Shown: positions 7,565 through 18,202 of the stretch, piece by piece
How positions within the stretch are numbered: position 1 is the stretch's first letter
Layout of the letters: every line of letters starts with the position of its first letter
Assembly: GCA_045863235.1 (NCBI GenBank)
Contig: BTUM01000026.1
Location: forward strand, 21,468 to 85,467
Direction of reading: 5' to 3'
DNA: 64,000 nt
DNA from: Candidatus Xenobia bacterium
Lineage (GTDB): Bacteria; Vulcanimicrobiota; Xenobia; Xenobiales; QWHO01
The notes under the pieces: generated by a model
Seen by the model: only the letters and a program-made list of their open reading frames with translations
What the model was told of the DNA's origin: nothing
The model's database searches: none
Made by a program: the position numbers and the translations under genes

Positions 7565-9886
7565 CTAGCGGACTCCCGCCCCTTCCGTCTGGATCCGCAG
7601 CAGTCGCTGGTAAGCCGGGCTCGACTCGCGCAGCTCGGCCATGCGCTCCTCGCCCAGCGCTTCCATGGTGGCGTAGCCACGGGGGAACCCATTGCGGACT
7701 TGCTCTTCGATCCGGTAGCGCAGCTGCGGGTTCTGCTTCACCTCATCCTGCACCCGCGCTCCCACATCCTCCTCGTAGGCCTGGATGCCGCGCAGGAAGC
7801 TGCGGGTGACCCGGTTGCGATAGCTGTCGCGCAGCAATTCGCCCTCGGCCCCCTGGCGGTCGCCGTACTTCTGCTCAGCCAGGGCGCGCGTGTCCAGGGC
7901 CAGCGACTCGCGATTCCAGAGCCGATCGAAGTCGCCGTTCACCTCCTCGAGCTTGGCTGCCGAATCGGGGCCGTCGTCAAAGAAGGTCAGGTCGGACATC
8001 TCCCAGTTGTCGCGCAAGCCCTTGTGCGAGAAGTTGGTGCTGCCGGTGAGCATCATCTTGTCGGTCAGGATCATCTTGGCGTGCACCTTGCGGTCGTGGT
8101 CGCCGTCGGTGCGGTCGAGCACCGCCCAGCGCACCGGCACGCCTCGATCCTCCAGCATTTTGAAGGATTTCTCGTTGGGCGTGCCGCCGTACTGGTACAT
8201 CCCCGGATCGAGCACCACCTGCACCTCGAACGGTTTGCCCTCGGCCTGCATCCGATCGCGCTTGTCCGCGAGCAAGCGCGCCATGTCGGCGTTGAGCACG
8301 AAGGCCGACACCTTGACGAACTTGTCGGCCGAGTCGATGGAGTGCAGGATCAGCGCCTGGCGCTCGGCCGAGGTATCGCCCACGGCCACGGTATCCGCCC
8401 CCGTGGCGGCCTCCGAGGGCGGACGCGAGGTCTGCAGCTTCTGCAGATTGGCCGGAGCGTTCATGCGACCCACCGCTTGCTCGAGCCCGTCGGCGAGCAG
8501 GGTGCGACCTTTCTGGGTGAGGGTGACCCCGCCTCGGCCCTCGAGCAGGAAGGCCCGCTCGTCGGCCGGGCTGACCTTGCCATCCCCATCGGCATCGGGG
8601 ATCTCAGCCAGCTGGCCGATGGTGACGCCCTGATAGCCGGCCGACTCGATGGCCCGGTCGACCCGCTCGGCCTGAGTCATGCCGCCCCGCGGCGGCACCC
8701 CCGTCTGGGACTCGAGCAGGTCGAGCAGGCCGCGCCGCTGCACCTTGACGGGCAGCTCGGAGGTGCGCAGTTCGTCGAGCTGGGTGCCGTAAATTTCCTC
8801 CACGCCCCGGCCGGCCGAGAGCTCCACATCGCGCTGGAATCCCTGGCTCAGTTTGGTGGCGGCCGGCCCTCGAATGGTGGTGGCGAAGTCCACGTTCTCG
8901 CTGGAGCTGGCGTTGGAGTTCATGCCCCCGAAGACGGTGTCGTCTCCCACCCGCAGCAACTTGCGGTGCATGATCTCGGCCCGGGCCCCCAGAACTTCTT
9001 TGTTGGCGAAGAGTTGAACCGCCGCCTGGCCCTGCGAGCCCACTTCCAGCCGACGGGTCGCGTTCAAGCGCGCCGTCAGGCTGGTGGCGTCGAGCTCCTC
9101 GCCCTGCTTGGAGAGCGTGCCGGCGTCGAGCAGCACGCGAACGTTGGCGCCACCACGAGAGGCGCGCGAGAGCTTCTCGAGCATCTCGGGGCTGGCCATC
9201 TCGTAGTACTGGGCCTCCACCTCGACCGGCTGGCCGTCGCGCACCGGGTTCTTCACCGCCCCGTCGAGCAGCTCCATCTTCTTGTGCCAGATCTCCTGGC
9301 GGGTCAGGGCCTCGACCTGATTGCCCTTCAGCTTGTAGGGTGAATCGGGCTGCTCCAGGCTGCGGGTGATACGGGCCACCTCCTGCATCTCGCCCACCGG
9401 CACGTCGCTGTGCTGAAAGTAGGTCTGCTCGATGGGGGTCAAATCGCCCCCGCCCGCCTTCTCCCAGCGCATCTGGCGGGTCATCGCCTGCAGGTGCTCG
9501 CGCGCGTCCTGGGTCTGGACGAGCTGCTGGTGGACCTCGGCGGCCTCGGCCAGGGGGCCGTTCTTGAGCTCCTTGCGGCGAGCCTTCAGATCGCGCAGGG
9601 TAAGGCCGTATTCCTTGTCGCGCCTGCGGGCCTCGGCCAGACTGGGCAGGGCCTCTTCCGGGTCGGGCAGCTGCAGGGCCAGCTCAGGGCTGGGGGTCGG
9701 GGCGGCCGGCTGCTCGTTCTCCCAAGGATACTGGGCGGCAGCGGTGGTGGCCGTCGGGCCCGCTCCCGCCGTAAAAGTATCCCGGGGCCCCTGAGCTTCC
9801 GTGGTGATGGGTGCGGTACGCACCGGAGCCGACGACTTCAGGGTCGGCAGGAGCGGAGCCAAGCGGGTATCGCCGAGAACGTCCAC
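7565..9886 (-). CDS. Large phospholipase D superfamily protein, paralog 2
   Basis: MHRKLLRVGD..GGMN and VHAKMILTD..GSTNFS; colinear with 408..2702. Confidence 0.85.
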   Translation of the reverse strand: MDVLGDTRLAPLLPTLKSSAPVRTAPITTEAQGPRDTFTAGAGPTATTAAAQYPWENEQPAAPTPSPELALQLPDPEEALPSLAEARRRDKEYGLTLRDLKARRKELKNGPLAEAAEVHQQLVQTQDAREHLQAMTRQMRWEKAGGGDLTPIEQTYFQHSDVPVGEMQEVARITRSLEQPDSPYKLKGNQVEALTRQEIWHKKMELLDGAVKNPVRDGQPVEVEAQYYEMASPEMLEKLSRASRGGANVRVLLDAGTLSKQGEELDATSLTARLNATRRLEVGSQGQAAVQLFANKEVLGARAEIMHRKLLRVGDDTVFGGMNSNASSSENVDFATTIRGPAATKLSQGFQRDVELSAGRGVEEIYGTQLDELRTSELPVKVQRRGLLDLLESQTGVPPRGGMTQAERVDRAIESAGYQGVTIGQLAEIPDADGDGKVSPADERAFLLEGRGGVTLTQKGRTLLADGLEQAVGRMNAPANLQKLQTSRPPSEAATGADTVAVGDTSAERQALILHSIDSADKFVKVSAFVLNADMARLLADKRDRMQAEGKPFEVQVVLDPGMYQYGGTPNEKSFKMLEDRGVPVRWAVLDRTDGDHDRKVHAKMILTDKMMLTGSTNFSHKGLRDNWEMSDLTFFDDGPDSAAKLEEVNGDFDRLWNRESLALDTRALAEQKYGDRQGAEGELLRDSYRNRVTRSFLRGIQAYEEDVGARVQDEVKQNPQLRYRIEEQVRNGFPRGYATMEALGEERMAELRESSPAYQRLLRIQTEGAGVR

Positions 9887-9920
9887 TGTCCTTGCTTATC
9901 ACGCAGCAAGGCCGGGGCGT

Positions 9921-10847
9921 CTACCCTGGCCTGAGTGAGCGAGCGACAGGCTCGAACACGTGCTCGGCCAGCACGATGATCAGAGCGCCCAGCAACAGCC
10001 CGAATGCACCCGAGATGCTTGCGCCGGTCAACCAGCCCAGCAGACCATGGGCGTGCGTGAAATGCGCCAGCCCGGTCAGGCCGAATTCCCCGAGCCCGTG
10101 AATCACGATACCCCCGCCCACCCAGAGCATCGCCGCCGTGCCCACCAACCCGAGCAGCGCCAGGAAACGCGGAATGACCGCGACGATCAGCCGACCGAGC
10201 GAGCCCACCGGCCCGGAGTGGGCTCGCGCCATGGCCGCGCCGGCGTCATCGGCCTTCACGATGATGGCCACCGCGCCATACACCAGGGCGGTAATGCCGA
10301 TCGCCACCGCCGCCAGCACCACAGCCTGCATGACGATGGAAGAACTCGATACGGTGGCCAGCGAGATGGCCATGATCTCGGCCGACAGGATGAAGTCGGT
10401 CCGAATCGCGCCCGCGACCCGGGCATCCTCCAGTGCCTGCGGCTCGGTGGGCGCGGCGCCAAACTTCTCCTCGTGGTGGTGGGCGGCGTGAGGGCTGACC
10501 ATCTCCCAGGCCTTCTCGGCGCCTTCGTAGCAAAGAAAAGCGCCACCGAGCACCAGGAGCGGAGTGATGAGGCCGGGCGCGAAGGCGCTGAGCGCGAGCG
10601 CGGCCGGGAGCAGAATGAGCAGCTTGTTGCGCAGTGAGCCAACGGCGATGCGCTTGATGATTGGAATCTCGCGCGCGGCCGCGAAACCGACCACGTAGCG
10701 CGGCGTGACGGCGGCATCGTCGATCACCACGCCAGCTGCCTTAGCGCTGGCCTTGGCAGCCTGGGCGGCGACATCGTCGAGCGAAGCCGCCGCGATCTTG
10801 GCGATGGCCGCGATGTCGTCGAGCAGAGCCAGAAGACCGGTCGCCAA
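9921..10847 (-). CDS. DUF808 (YedI-like) inner membrane protein
   Basis: GLLALLDD, KAAGVVIDDAAVTP, GAIRTDFILSAEIM, GTAAMLWVGG. Confidence 0.9.
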   Translation of the reverse strand: MATGLLALLDDIAAIAKIAAASLDDVAAQAAKASAKAAGVVIDDAAVTPRYVVGFAAAREIPIIKRIAVGSLRNKLLILLPAALALSAFAPGLITPLLVLGGAFLCYEGAEKAWEMVSPHAAHHHEEKFGAAPTEPQALEDARVAGAIRTDFILSAEIMAISLATVSSSSIVMQAVVLAAVAIGITALVYGAVAIIVKADDAGAAMARAHSGPVGSLGRLIVAVIPRFLALLGLVGTAAMLWVGGGIVIHGLGEFGLTGLAHFTHAHGLLGWLTGASISGAFGLLLGALIIVLAEHVFEPVARSLRPG

Positions 10848-11085
10848 GGCTCAGCGCGCTCTCCCCAGCGTCAGGAGGACCTGGGGGACTGCAGAAACTG
10901 CGCTCAACGCGTCTTTCGGGGGATCATCCACCAGCACTTCATATGACGCTCGGGGTCGGGAACCTCTACCTGGAGCCGATCAAAAACTGTTTACATGCCG
11001 GCAACCCGACTGTTACAAAGCTCCCCTTAACCTCCCCCGATTCTCCGTGAAAACACGATCAAAGCCCTCAGGGAAGGACCATGCC

Positions 11086-12543
11086 ATGACCAACGCAGTG
11101 GGAGCGCCTCAGGCCCAGAACTTCGTCGCCATCAACCCCGAGCAGCAGCTCAGGGTGCAGCAGGCCACCGTGCAGGCCAACGGACCCACCCAGGGCGACC
11201 CCTGGTCGGGAGTGCAGGCCCGCCGTGCCGCCGACGAGCGCCATGACGCCTACCGTGGCATCGTAGGCAACCAGGCCAACGGCCAGACCGCACCCACCAA
11301 CGCTCCGGCCAGCAAGGGCGCGCTGATGGACAAGCCCATCGGCCAGATGACCGACGAGGAGCTCAAGCAGGTCTTCGGCAGTGACGCCGACCGCATGAAG
11401 GCGCTGGGTGCCAAGCAACCGAACCTGACGGCCGGCATGCTCCAGCCGCTGCGTAAGGATCCGCAGGGCCTGGACAGCGTGGTGACGATGCTCACCGAGC
11501 GCCCCGACCTCAAGTTCGAGGACCTGGTCACCAAGGACCAGAAGGGCAACATGAACATCAACGGCACCATCCGCGACGAGCGCTCGCGCGAGCTGATGCT
11601 GCAGCGCACCGACATCAAGCCGGCCGCCCTCTCGAGCATGGCCGGCAGCTTCGCCCAGACCCTCAAGCAGCCGGCCCTGGTCAAGGAGGCCTACAATACC
11701 TCCCTCGAGCTCTTGAAGACCCGCACCGACGTGTCCCCGCAGGACCTGGGAGCCTTGATGGGCCGAATGTCCAAGGGCGTCAACCAGAACTCGGCTGGCG
11801 GCGGTCAGGAGGGCGGTGGGATGAACGCCGCTGCCACGCTGGACATGTTCAAGACGGGTGCCCGGCTGATGACCACCCGCCACGACATCGGCGTACAGGA
11901 CGTGGGCCGGATGTCAGACGCCGTCGCCCAGCTCGGCGGCAAGAAAGATGACCAGTCGGGCATGAAGATCGCCAACGCCTTCTCACAGGGCGCTGACTTC
12001 TTGATCAGCCGCCCCGGCTCGAGCGTCAACGACGTGGTCAACCTGGCCGGCACCATCAAGCAGCGCGTTCCCGGCCAGGAGGGAGCTGACGCCGACAACC
12101 GGTTCGCCCTGTTCGGCCAGAGCATGCAGCTGATGAAGGACATGCCCCAGATGAACGCCGATGGAGTGGCTGCCCTGATCGAGAAGTCGAGCGAGGGCCC
12201 GCCGCCGCGCCAGGGCCAGGATCTGGTCAACGCCTTCAACACCCAGTCCACCAACCTGCTCAACGGGCGGGCCAACGTGGGGCTGGCCACCGACCGCCTG
12301 CACCGGCCCGACGCCCAGGGCCAGCGCCGTCAGGACGGCGAGATCTTGATGGACAAGAATGGACGCGAGAAGGGGGCCACCGGCCCCGCGCTGACGGCCC
12401 AGCAGGCTGGCACCGTCAACCAGCCGGTGGCCAACGTGCCCGGGCGCAACGGCAATCAGTGGGCCGACAACGGCGTGGTCGACCGGCGTTTTGCGGCGGT
12501 GCAGCAGCCGCCCGCTCAGACCTCGTTCAACGCCCTGGCTTAG
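11086..12543 (+). CDS. Hypothetical protein with internal helical repeats
   Basis: GGAAGGA RBS, strong codon bias, recurring L-x-x-R-x-D-[ILV] units. Confidence 0.8.
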   Translation: MTNAVGAPQAQNFVAINPEQQLRVQQATVQANGPTQGDPWSGVQARRAADERHDAYRGIVGNQANGQTAPTNAPASKGALMDKPIGQMTDEELKQVFGSDADRMKALGAKQPNLTAGMLQPLRKDPQGLDSVVTMLTERPDLKFEDLVTKDQKGNMNINGTIRDERSRELMLQRTDIKPAALSSMAGSFAQTLKQPALVKEAYNTSLELLKTRTDVSPQDLGALMGRMSKGVNQNSAGGGQEGGGMNAAATLDMFKTGARLMTTRHDIGVQDVGRMSDAVAQLGGKKDDQSGMKIANAFSQGADFLISRPGSSVNDVVNLAGTIKQRVPGQEGADADNRFALFGQSMQLMKDMPQMNADGVAALIEKSSEGPPPRQGQDLVNAFNTQSTNLLNGRANVGLATDRLHRPDAQGQRRQDGEILMDKNGREKGATGPALTAQQAGTVNQPVANVPGRNGNQWADNGVVDRRFAAVQQPPAQTSFNALA

Positions 12544-12989
12544 GCCGCCGCGCTCTCCAGCTCAGAAGTGCACTGAGGGCAACGCGTGGCCTTCTTGGAA
12601 ACGTTCGAAATGCAGAAGGGGCATTCGCGCGTGTCGGGAGGGGGCGGCTCGACCGGCTTTTGACGGCGCATCCGCTCGATCGACTTGACCATGAAGAACA
12701 CGGCCAGGGCCACGATCAAAAACTGGATCAGCGCATTGATGAAGACCCCGTAGTTGATGGTGGCGGCGCCCGCCTTCTGGGCCTCGGCCAGGGTTGGATA
12801 GGTGGTATCTCCCAGCGTGATGAAGAGGTTGGTGAAGTCCACCCCGCCCAGCGCTTTGCCGATGGGGGGCATGAGGATGTCCTTGACCAGCGAGTCGACG
12901 ATCTTGCCGAAGGCGCCGCCGATCATCACGCCCACCGCCATGTCCACCACGTTGCCGCGGTTGAGAAAATCACGAAATTCTTTCCACAT
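12540..12989 (-). CDS. mscL: Large-conductance mechanosensitive channel with C-terminal zinc ribbon
   Basis: MWKEFRDFLNRGNVVDMAVGVMIGGAFGKIV; CPFC..CPQC tail. Confidence 0.95.
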   Translation of the reverse strand: MWKEFRDFLNRGNVVDMAVGVMIGGAFGKIVDSLVKDILMPPIGKALGGVDFTNLFITLGDTTYPTLAEAQKAGAATINYGVFINALIQFLIVALAVFFMVKSIERMRRQKPVEPPPPDTRECPFCISNVSKKATRCPQCTSELESAAA

Positions 12990-13015
12990 GAGGCGGCCGG
13001 TTCGTCCGTGCGGCG

Positions 13016-13825
13016 TCAGTGCCCTCCGAGCAGGGCCAGAACGATCTCGAGCGCGATCAAAGCGATGATGGTGAGCTCGAGCACCGCCGAGCGGCGGGTG
13101 TTGGCCAGGTCGACCAGAACCTCGGCCGACTCGTGGATCAGCCTCAGCTTGTACTCCAGCGTGCGAAAGCGCGACTGCAGCTCGAAGTTGGCGCGCAGCT
13201 CGTTGAACAGGAGATCCAGGCCCGGATCCTCCCAGACGATGTCGGGCGAGTCGAGAATGGAGAGGCGGCTCACGATGTCTCGCCGGGTCGAAAGGCCCAC
13301 CCCGATGTAGCGCAACATCTCGCCGCTCTTGAGACGCCGCCAGCTCCCGCTGGCCATGGAGTCGGCCACCACCGAGGCCTGGTCGAGCAGCTTCTCGACC
13401 GACTTCTCGAAGTGCTCCAGCGTGGTGGACTGGGCCAGCACCAGGGCCGCCAGCTTCAGCTTGGCGGGGGTGATCTGCTGCAAGACCATGCGGTCGAAAG
13501 CGACCCGCTCCTTGCCGTCCGGCTGCAGCTCCACCAGGAAGTCGTCGGTTGCCTGATCGCAGGGCCCTTCGGCCAGGGGCAAGAGCTCCTTCACAAAGAT
13601 CGGGATCTGGGCCGCATCCACGTCCACGAACACGGCTGAGCCGAAGCTGAACAGGTAGACCCGCCCCTGGCCCAGGCTCAGGCACAGGTCCGACTTGCCC
13701 GCCTCCAGCACGCGATCGACGAAGGCTCGCGAGCACTTCTCGATGGGCAGGGTACGCGCGAGGTGCACCGACTCCATGCGCAGCTGGCGGCCCGAAGCGG
13801 CGGGGTGACTCGACAGGACATCCAT
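13016..13825 (-). CDS. RMD1/DUF155 family protein
   Basis: VYLFSFGSAVF, LAQSTTL..FE, LDSPDIVWE, FELQSRFRTLEYKL, LELTIIALIALEI. Confidence 0.85.
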   Translation of the reverse strand: MDVLSSHPAASGRQLRMESVHLARTLPIEKCSRAFVDRVLEAGKSDLCLSLGQGRVYLFSFGSAVFVDVDAAQIPIFVKELLPLAEGPCDQATDDFLVELQPDGKERVAFDRMVLQQITPAKLKLAALVLAQSTTLEHFEKSVEKLLDQASVVADSMASGSWRRLKSGEMLRYIGVGLSTRRDIVSRLSILDSPDIVWEDPGLDLLFNELRANFELQSRFRTLEYKLRLIHESAEVLVDLANTRRSAVLELTIIALIALEIVLALLGGH

Positions 13826-13995
13826 GCCCCCATGGTAGCCTGTCGCAGGCCAATCGCGCAAGCGATGACGAACCTCAGCGAGCAATTCGGGCGGCCGGGG
13901 CCCTGGTCTTCAGACTGCACCGTGTTGGCCGGATTCCCGACAGCTGATCTCGATCATCGTCCTCCCAGACCTCGTGGGGCTAGACTGATGGCAAG

Positions 13996-15024
13996 ATGAA
14001 GCTCACCGTTTCCGGGGGCAACGACATCAGCGAAGGGGCCGTATTGATGGCCCTGCTGGGCTGGATCTTCCTGGGGGGCACGCTGTTCGTCGGGTCCGCC
14101 CTGACGGTCTTCTATCCGCTGTTCGAGGGATGGGGCGTGCTGGTGGCAGTACTGCTGGTGGCCGTCCTGGGCGGCGCGCTGCAAAGCCGAATGAGCTCGG
14201 TGGGCCTCGAGGTCCAGGGGCGCACCCTGCGGCGGCGGGCCGGCCTGACGGGCGAGAATACCCTGCAGATCAGTGCGGACGATCAGGTGGAGATCACCTC
14301 CTCCCAGCGGGAGTACCGAGACGCCCGGGGGAACCGCCACACGGTCGAGGTGTGGGCGGTGGGTCTTCAGGGCAGCGAGCTGTTCGTGAAGCAAGACGCC
14401 TACTTCGAAGCGCGCACGGTGGCCGAGAAGCTGGCCCGGAGCCTGCGCATCCCCCTGACCGACCGCACCGGGGACCAGCAGGGAACCCTGCCTCCCGAGG
14501 ACCTGGATCTTCCCCTGCCCGACCGGCTGGCCCGCTATCCCGAGTTGCGCCTCCCCCACGTCGACCTTCCCTGCGATGTGTCCATGGAAGAAGCTCCCGA
14601 CGGGAGCTTCCACTGGAGGCCCCCACTGACTCTGGCCCTGGGAGCCGCGGTGTTGGCCTGCGCCATCCTGTGGCTCTTGGGAACGGGACTGGACTGGCCT
14701 TCTCTTCCTATGACCGGCATCTCGGTCGCCCTGTTGATCCTGGCCCCCAGCGTCCGGTTCAGCCTGAAGGCAGAGCCCCAGCGGGTGGTCTATCGCACCC
14801 ATGTGCTGGGCCTGCCCTTGTTGCGAGAGGGCCTGGCCCGGACCGAGCTGGAGGAGCTCCGGCTGCGCCCCCGTCGATCCCTGTGGGGTGGATCCGAGCT
14901 GCTCTTGATTTCGGACCGTCACGTCATCGCGCTCAGAACCTGGTCCGGCGCCAGCGAGGAAGGTGCCCTGGGCTGGCTGGGCTTCCAGCTCCAGGAGAGG
15001 CTCCTCAAAGGTTCGACAGGCTAG
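13996..15024 (+). CDS. Hypothetical membrane protein (two TM pairs)
   Basis: 342-aa ORF with four hydrophobic segments. Confidence 0.7.
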   Translation: MKLTVSGGNDISEGAVLMALLGWIFLGGTLFVGSALTVFYPLFEGWGVLVAVLLVAVLGGALQSRMSSVGLEVQGRTLRRRAGLTGENTLQISADDQVEITSSQREYRDARGNRHTVEVWAVGLQGSELFVKQDAYFEARTVAEKLARSLRIPLTDRTGDQQGTLPPEDLDLPLPDRLARYPELRLPHVDLPCDVSMEEAPDGSFHWRPPLTLALGAAVLACAILWLLGTGLDWPSLPMTGISVALLILAPSVRFSLKAEPQRVVYRTHVLGLPLLREGLARTELEELRLRPRRSLWGGSELLLISDRHVIALRTWSGASEEGALGWLGFQLQERLLKGSTG

Positions 15025-15268
15025 TGTAGGCCGAATCGCCTGGACACGGAGCGGCAGCGCCGAGTGCGCAGGAGGGTGGAGCCTTCGCGCTGTGCGCATG
15101 CGCACCCAGTCAGCGACACACGGGAACGTGTGCTCGATCCGGGGATTGCGCCCCCAGCAGTCAGGTTGGCTTACGGCTCCACCAGACCGACCGCCCTCGA
15201 CTCGTTCCACCCGGCGATGACCTCCCAACAGGGGTCTCGGCGCCCGAACGTAGAAGGCACCTGACCTT

Positions 15269-16067
<799 letters not shown>

Positions 16068-16075
<8 letters not shown>

Positions 16076-17087
16076 GCTGGCCCGGCGCACGCTGGAGCTG
16101 GTCTCGATTCCCAGCGTGACCCGCGAGGAAGGCGAACTGTGCCGCTACGTCCAGGAGTGGGCGGGAGTGGAGCCGGTGTGGCGCTGCAACTTGATCCTGC
16201 AGAGCGAGTCGCGCGGCCGTCCTCGGGTGGGGCTGTTCGGCCATCTGGACACGGTGCTACCCTCCTCCGACCAGCCCCTCGGTATCATCGAAGGACAGGT
16301 CTACGGCTGCGGCGCCAGCGACATGAAGGCCGGGCTGGCTTTCATGATGGCGGCCTGGGAGCGGCGCGAAGAATGGTCTTGCGACCTGGTGGCGGTGTTC
16401 TATGACCGCGAGGAGGGTCCGAGCGAGGAGAACGGGCTGGAGTTCATCCTAGACCGCGTGCCCCCACTCGACCTGGCGGTGGTGCTCGAGCCCACCGCCA
16501 ACCAGGTGCAGAAGGGATGCGTGGGATCGCTGCACGCCCGGGTCAGCGTGGCCGGAAAGCGAGCCCACTCGGCCCGCCCCTGGCAGGGCGAGAACGCGCT
16601 GTACAAGGCCCTGCCCTTGCTGGAGAAGCTGCGCTCGGTAGGGGTGCGCGAGGTGGAGGTGGGGGGGCTGATCTTCCGCGAGGTGGTCACGCCCACCACT
16701 GCCGCCACCGTCAACTCACGCAACGTGGTGCCTGACCATTTCGAGCTGAACGTGAACTATCGCTTCGCACCCGGAAAGTCCCCCGTTCAGGCCGAGGAAG
16801 AGTTGCGCTCGCTGGTGGGCGATCTGGGCCGGGTGGAAGTGTTGGACGTCGCTCCCTCGGGCCGGGTGGCCTCCCACCCGCTCCTGGAGAGCTGGATCGC
16901 CGCCTTCGGCCTGAAGGTCGAGCCCAAACAGGCCTGGACCGACGTGGCCCGACTCAGCGAGCGGGGCATCCCGGCCGTCAACTTCGGGCCCGGCGACCCG
17001 GCCCAGGCTCACCAGGCCCGCGAGCACGTGAGCGTAGCCGCGCTGGAGCAGGGGTGGCCGTTGTTGGAAAGGCTGCTGCGGTCATGA
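16068..17087 (+). CDS. dapE: Succinyl-diaminopimelate desuccinylase (M20)
   Basis: GHLDTV, GASDMKAG, REEG, HSARPWQGENA, WTDVAR, GPGDPAQAH; follows dapD. Confidence 0.9.
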
Positions 17088-18202
17088 ACCCGCGCCTGAC
17101 CACCCTCGAGCCCTCCCTGATCCGTGAGCTGAACGCGCGCAAGCGTCCGGGCGATCTCGACCTGGGGCTGGGCGAGCCGGTGCTCCCCCCCGACCAGCGC
17201 GCCCTGGACGCGGGCCTGCGCTGGCTGGCCGAGAACGGATGCCGTTACTCCCCCAACCTGGGCTTCCCCGAGGTCCGCGCCGCCGTGGGAGCTTACCTGG
17301 GGCGCCCGGCTGAGGAGATCTGCCTGACCAACGGCTCGCAGCAGGCTCTGCACCTTGCCATGGTGACCGCCCTCGACCCGGAGCGAGACGAGGTGCTGGT
17401 GATCGAGCCGGGCTACCCGGCCTACGCCAAGATCGCCCAGATGCTCGGTCTTGCGGTGCGCACGGTGGGGCTCGATCCCGAGCGGCACTTCGCCCCTGAG
17501 GCAGCTCGCGTGCTGAATGCGCTGCGCCCCGAGACGCGGCTGGTGGTGCTGGCCAGCCCCAACAATCCCACCGCCCGCATCTGGCCCGCCAACGAGCTCC
17601 AGGAACTGTGCGCCGGGCTGGGTGAGCGGTGGCTGGTGTTCGACGAGGTTTACCGTGAGCTTTACTACACCCCCGAGCCCCCGCCCCGTCCGAGCCACCA
17701 GCGCGCGCTGCTGGTGGGCGGTCTGTCCAAGTGCGCCTCGCTGACGGGGCTGCGGATGGGCTGGCTGGGCGCTCCGACCGAGCTGATGCCCCTGGTGCTG
17801 CGGGCCCACCAGCTCATCACCACGGCCGCCAGCACCTTCGCCCAGCAGGTGGCCCTGGAGCTTCTGACCCACCGACGCCTGGGCGATCAGCGTCCGCTCT
17901 ACCGCGAGCGGCTGGACACGCTGCTGGAGGCTCTGCGGGCCACCGGGCTGGAGTTCGTGGAGCCGGAGGGGGCTTTCTACTGCCTGGTGCGGGTGGGCCG
18001 CCCGTCGCTTGCGGCCGCCCTGGAGTTGCTGGAGCAAGAGCGCGTGGTCACCGTTCCGGGCGTTGCCTTCGGGGCCGAGGGCTGGCTGCGGCTCTCCTGG
18101 GCCGGCCCCGCCGAGGATGTGCGCGAGGGGGTGGCGCGGCTGGCGCGATGGACTACCGGAGCTCGACCCGCAGACGGCCCGGGGCCCTCAGGGGATCTTT
18201 AG
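17084..18202 (+). CDS. PLP-dependent class I/II aminotransferase, probably DapC-type
   Basis: SPNNPT, DEVY, GLSKCASLTGLRMGW; ATGA-coupled to dapE. Confidence 0.85.
   Translation: MNPRLTTLEPSLIRELNARKRPGDLDLGLGEPVLPPDQRALDAGLRWLAENGCRYSPNLGFPEVRAAVGAYLGRPAEEICLTNGSQQALHLAMVTALDPERDEVLVIEPGYPAYAKIAQMLGLAVRTVGLDPERHFAPEAARVLNALRPETRLVVLASPNNPTARIWPANELQELCAGLGERWLVFDEVYRELYYTPEPPPRPSHQRALLVGGLSKCASLTGLRMGWLGAPTELMPLVLRAHQLITTAASTFAQQVALELLTHRRLGDQRPLYRERLDTLLEALRATGLEFVEPEGAFYCLVRVGRPSLAAALELLEQERVVTVPGVAFGAEGWLRLSWAGPAEDVREGVARLARWTTGARPADGPGPSGDL

Noticed and set aside
12540..13853. Apparent 437-aa MscL fusion
   Set aside because: The upstream part is an off-frame overlap of the RMD1 gene; MscL starts at 12989
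15165..15184. GGCTCCACCA resembling a tRNA/tmRNA 3' end or att site
   Set aside because: No T-loop (GTTCGA) upstream, no cloverleaf, no integrase nearby
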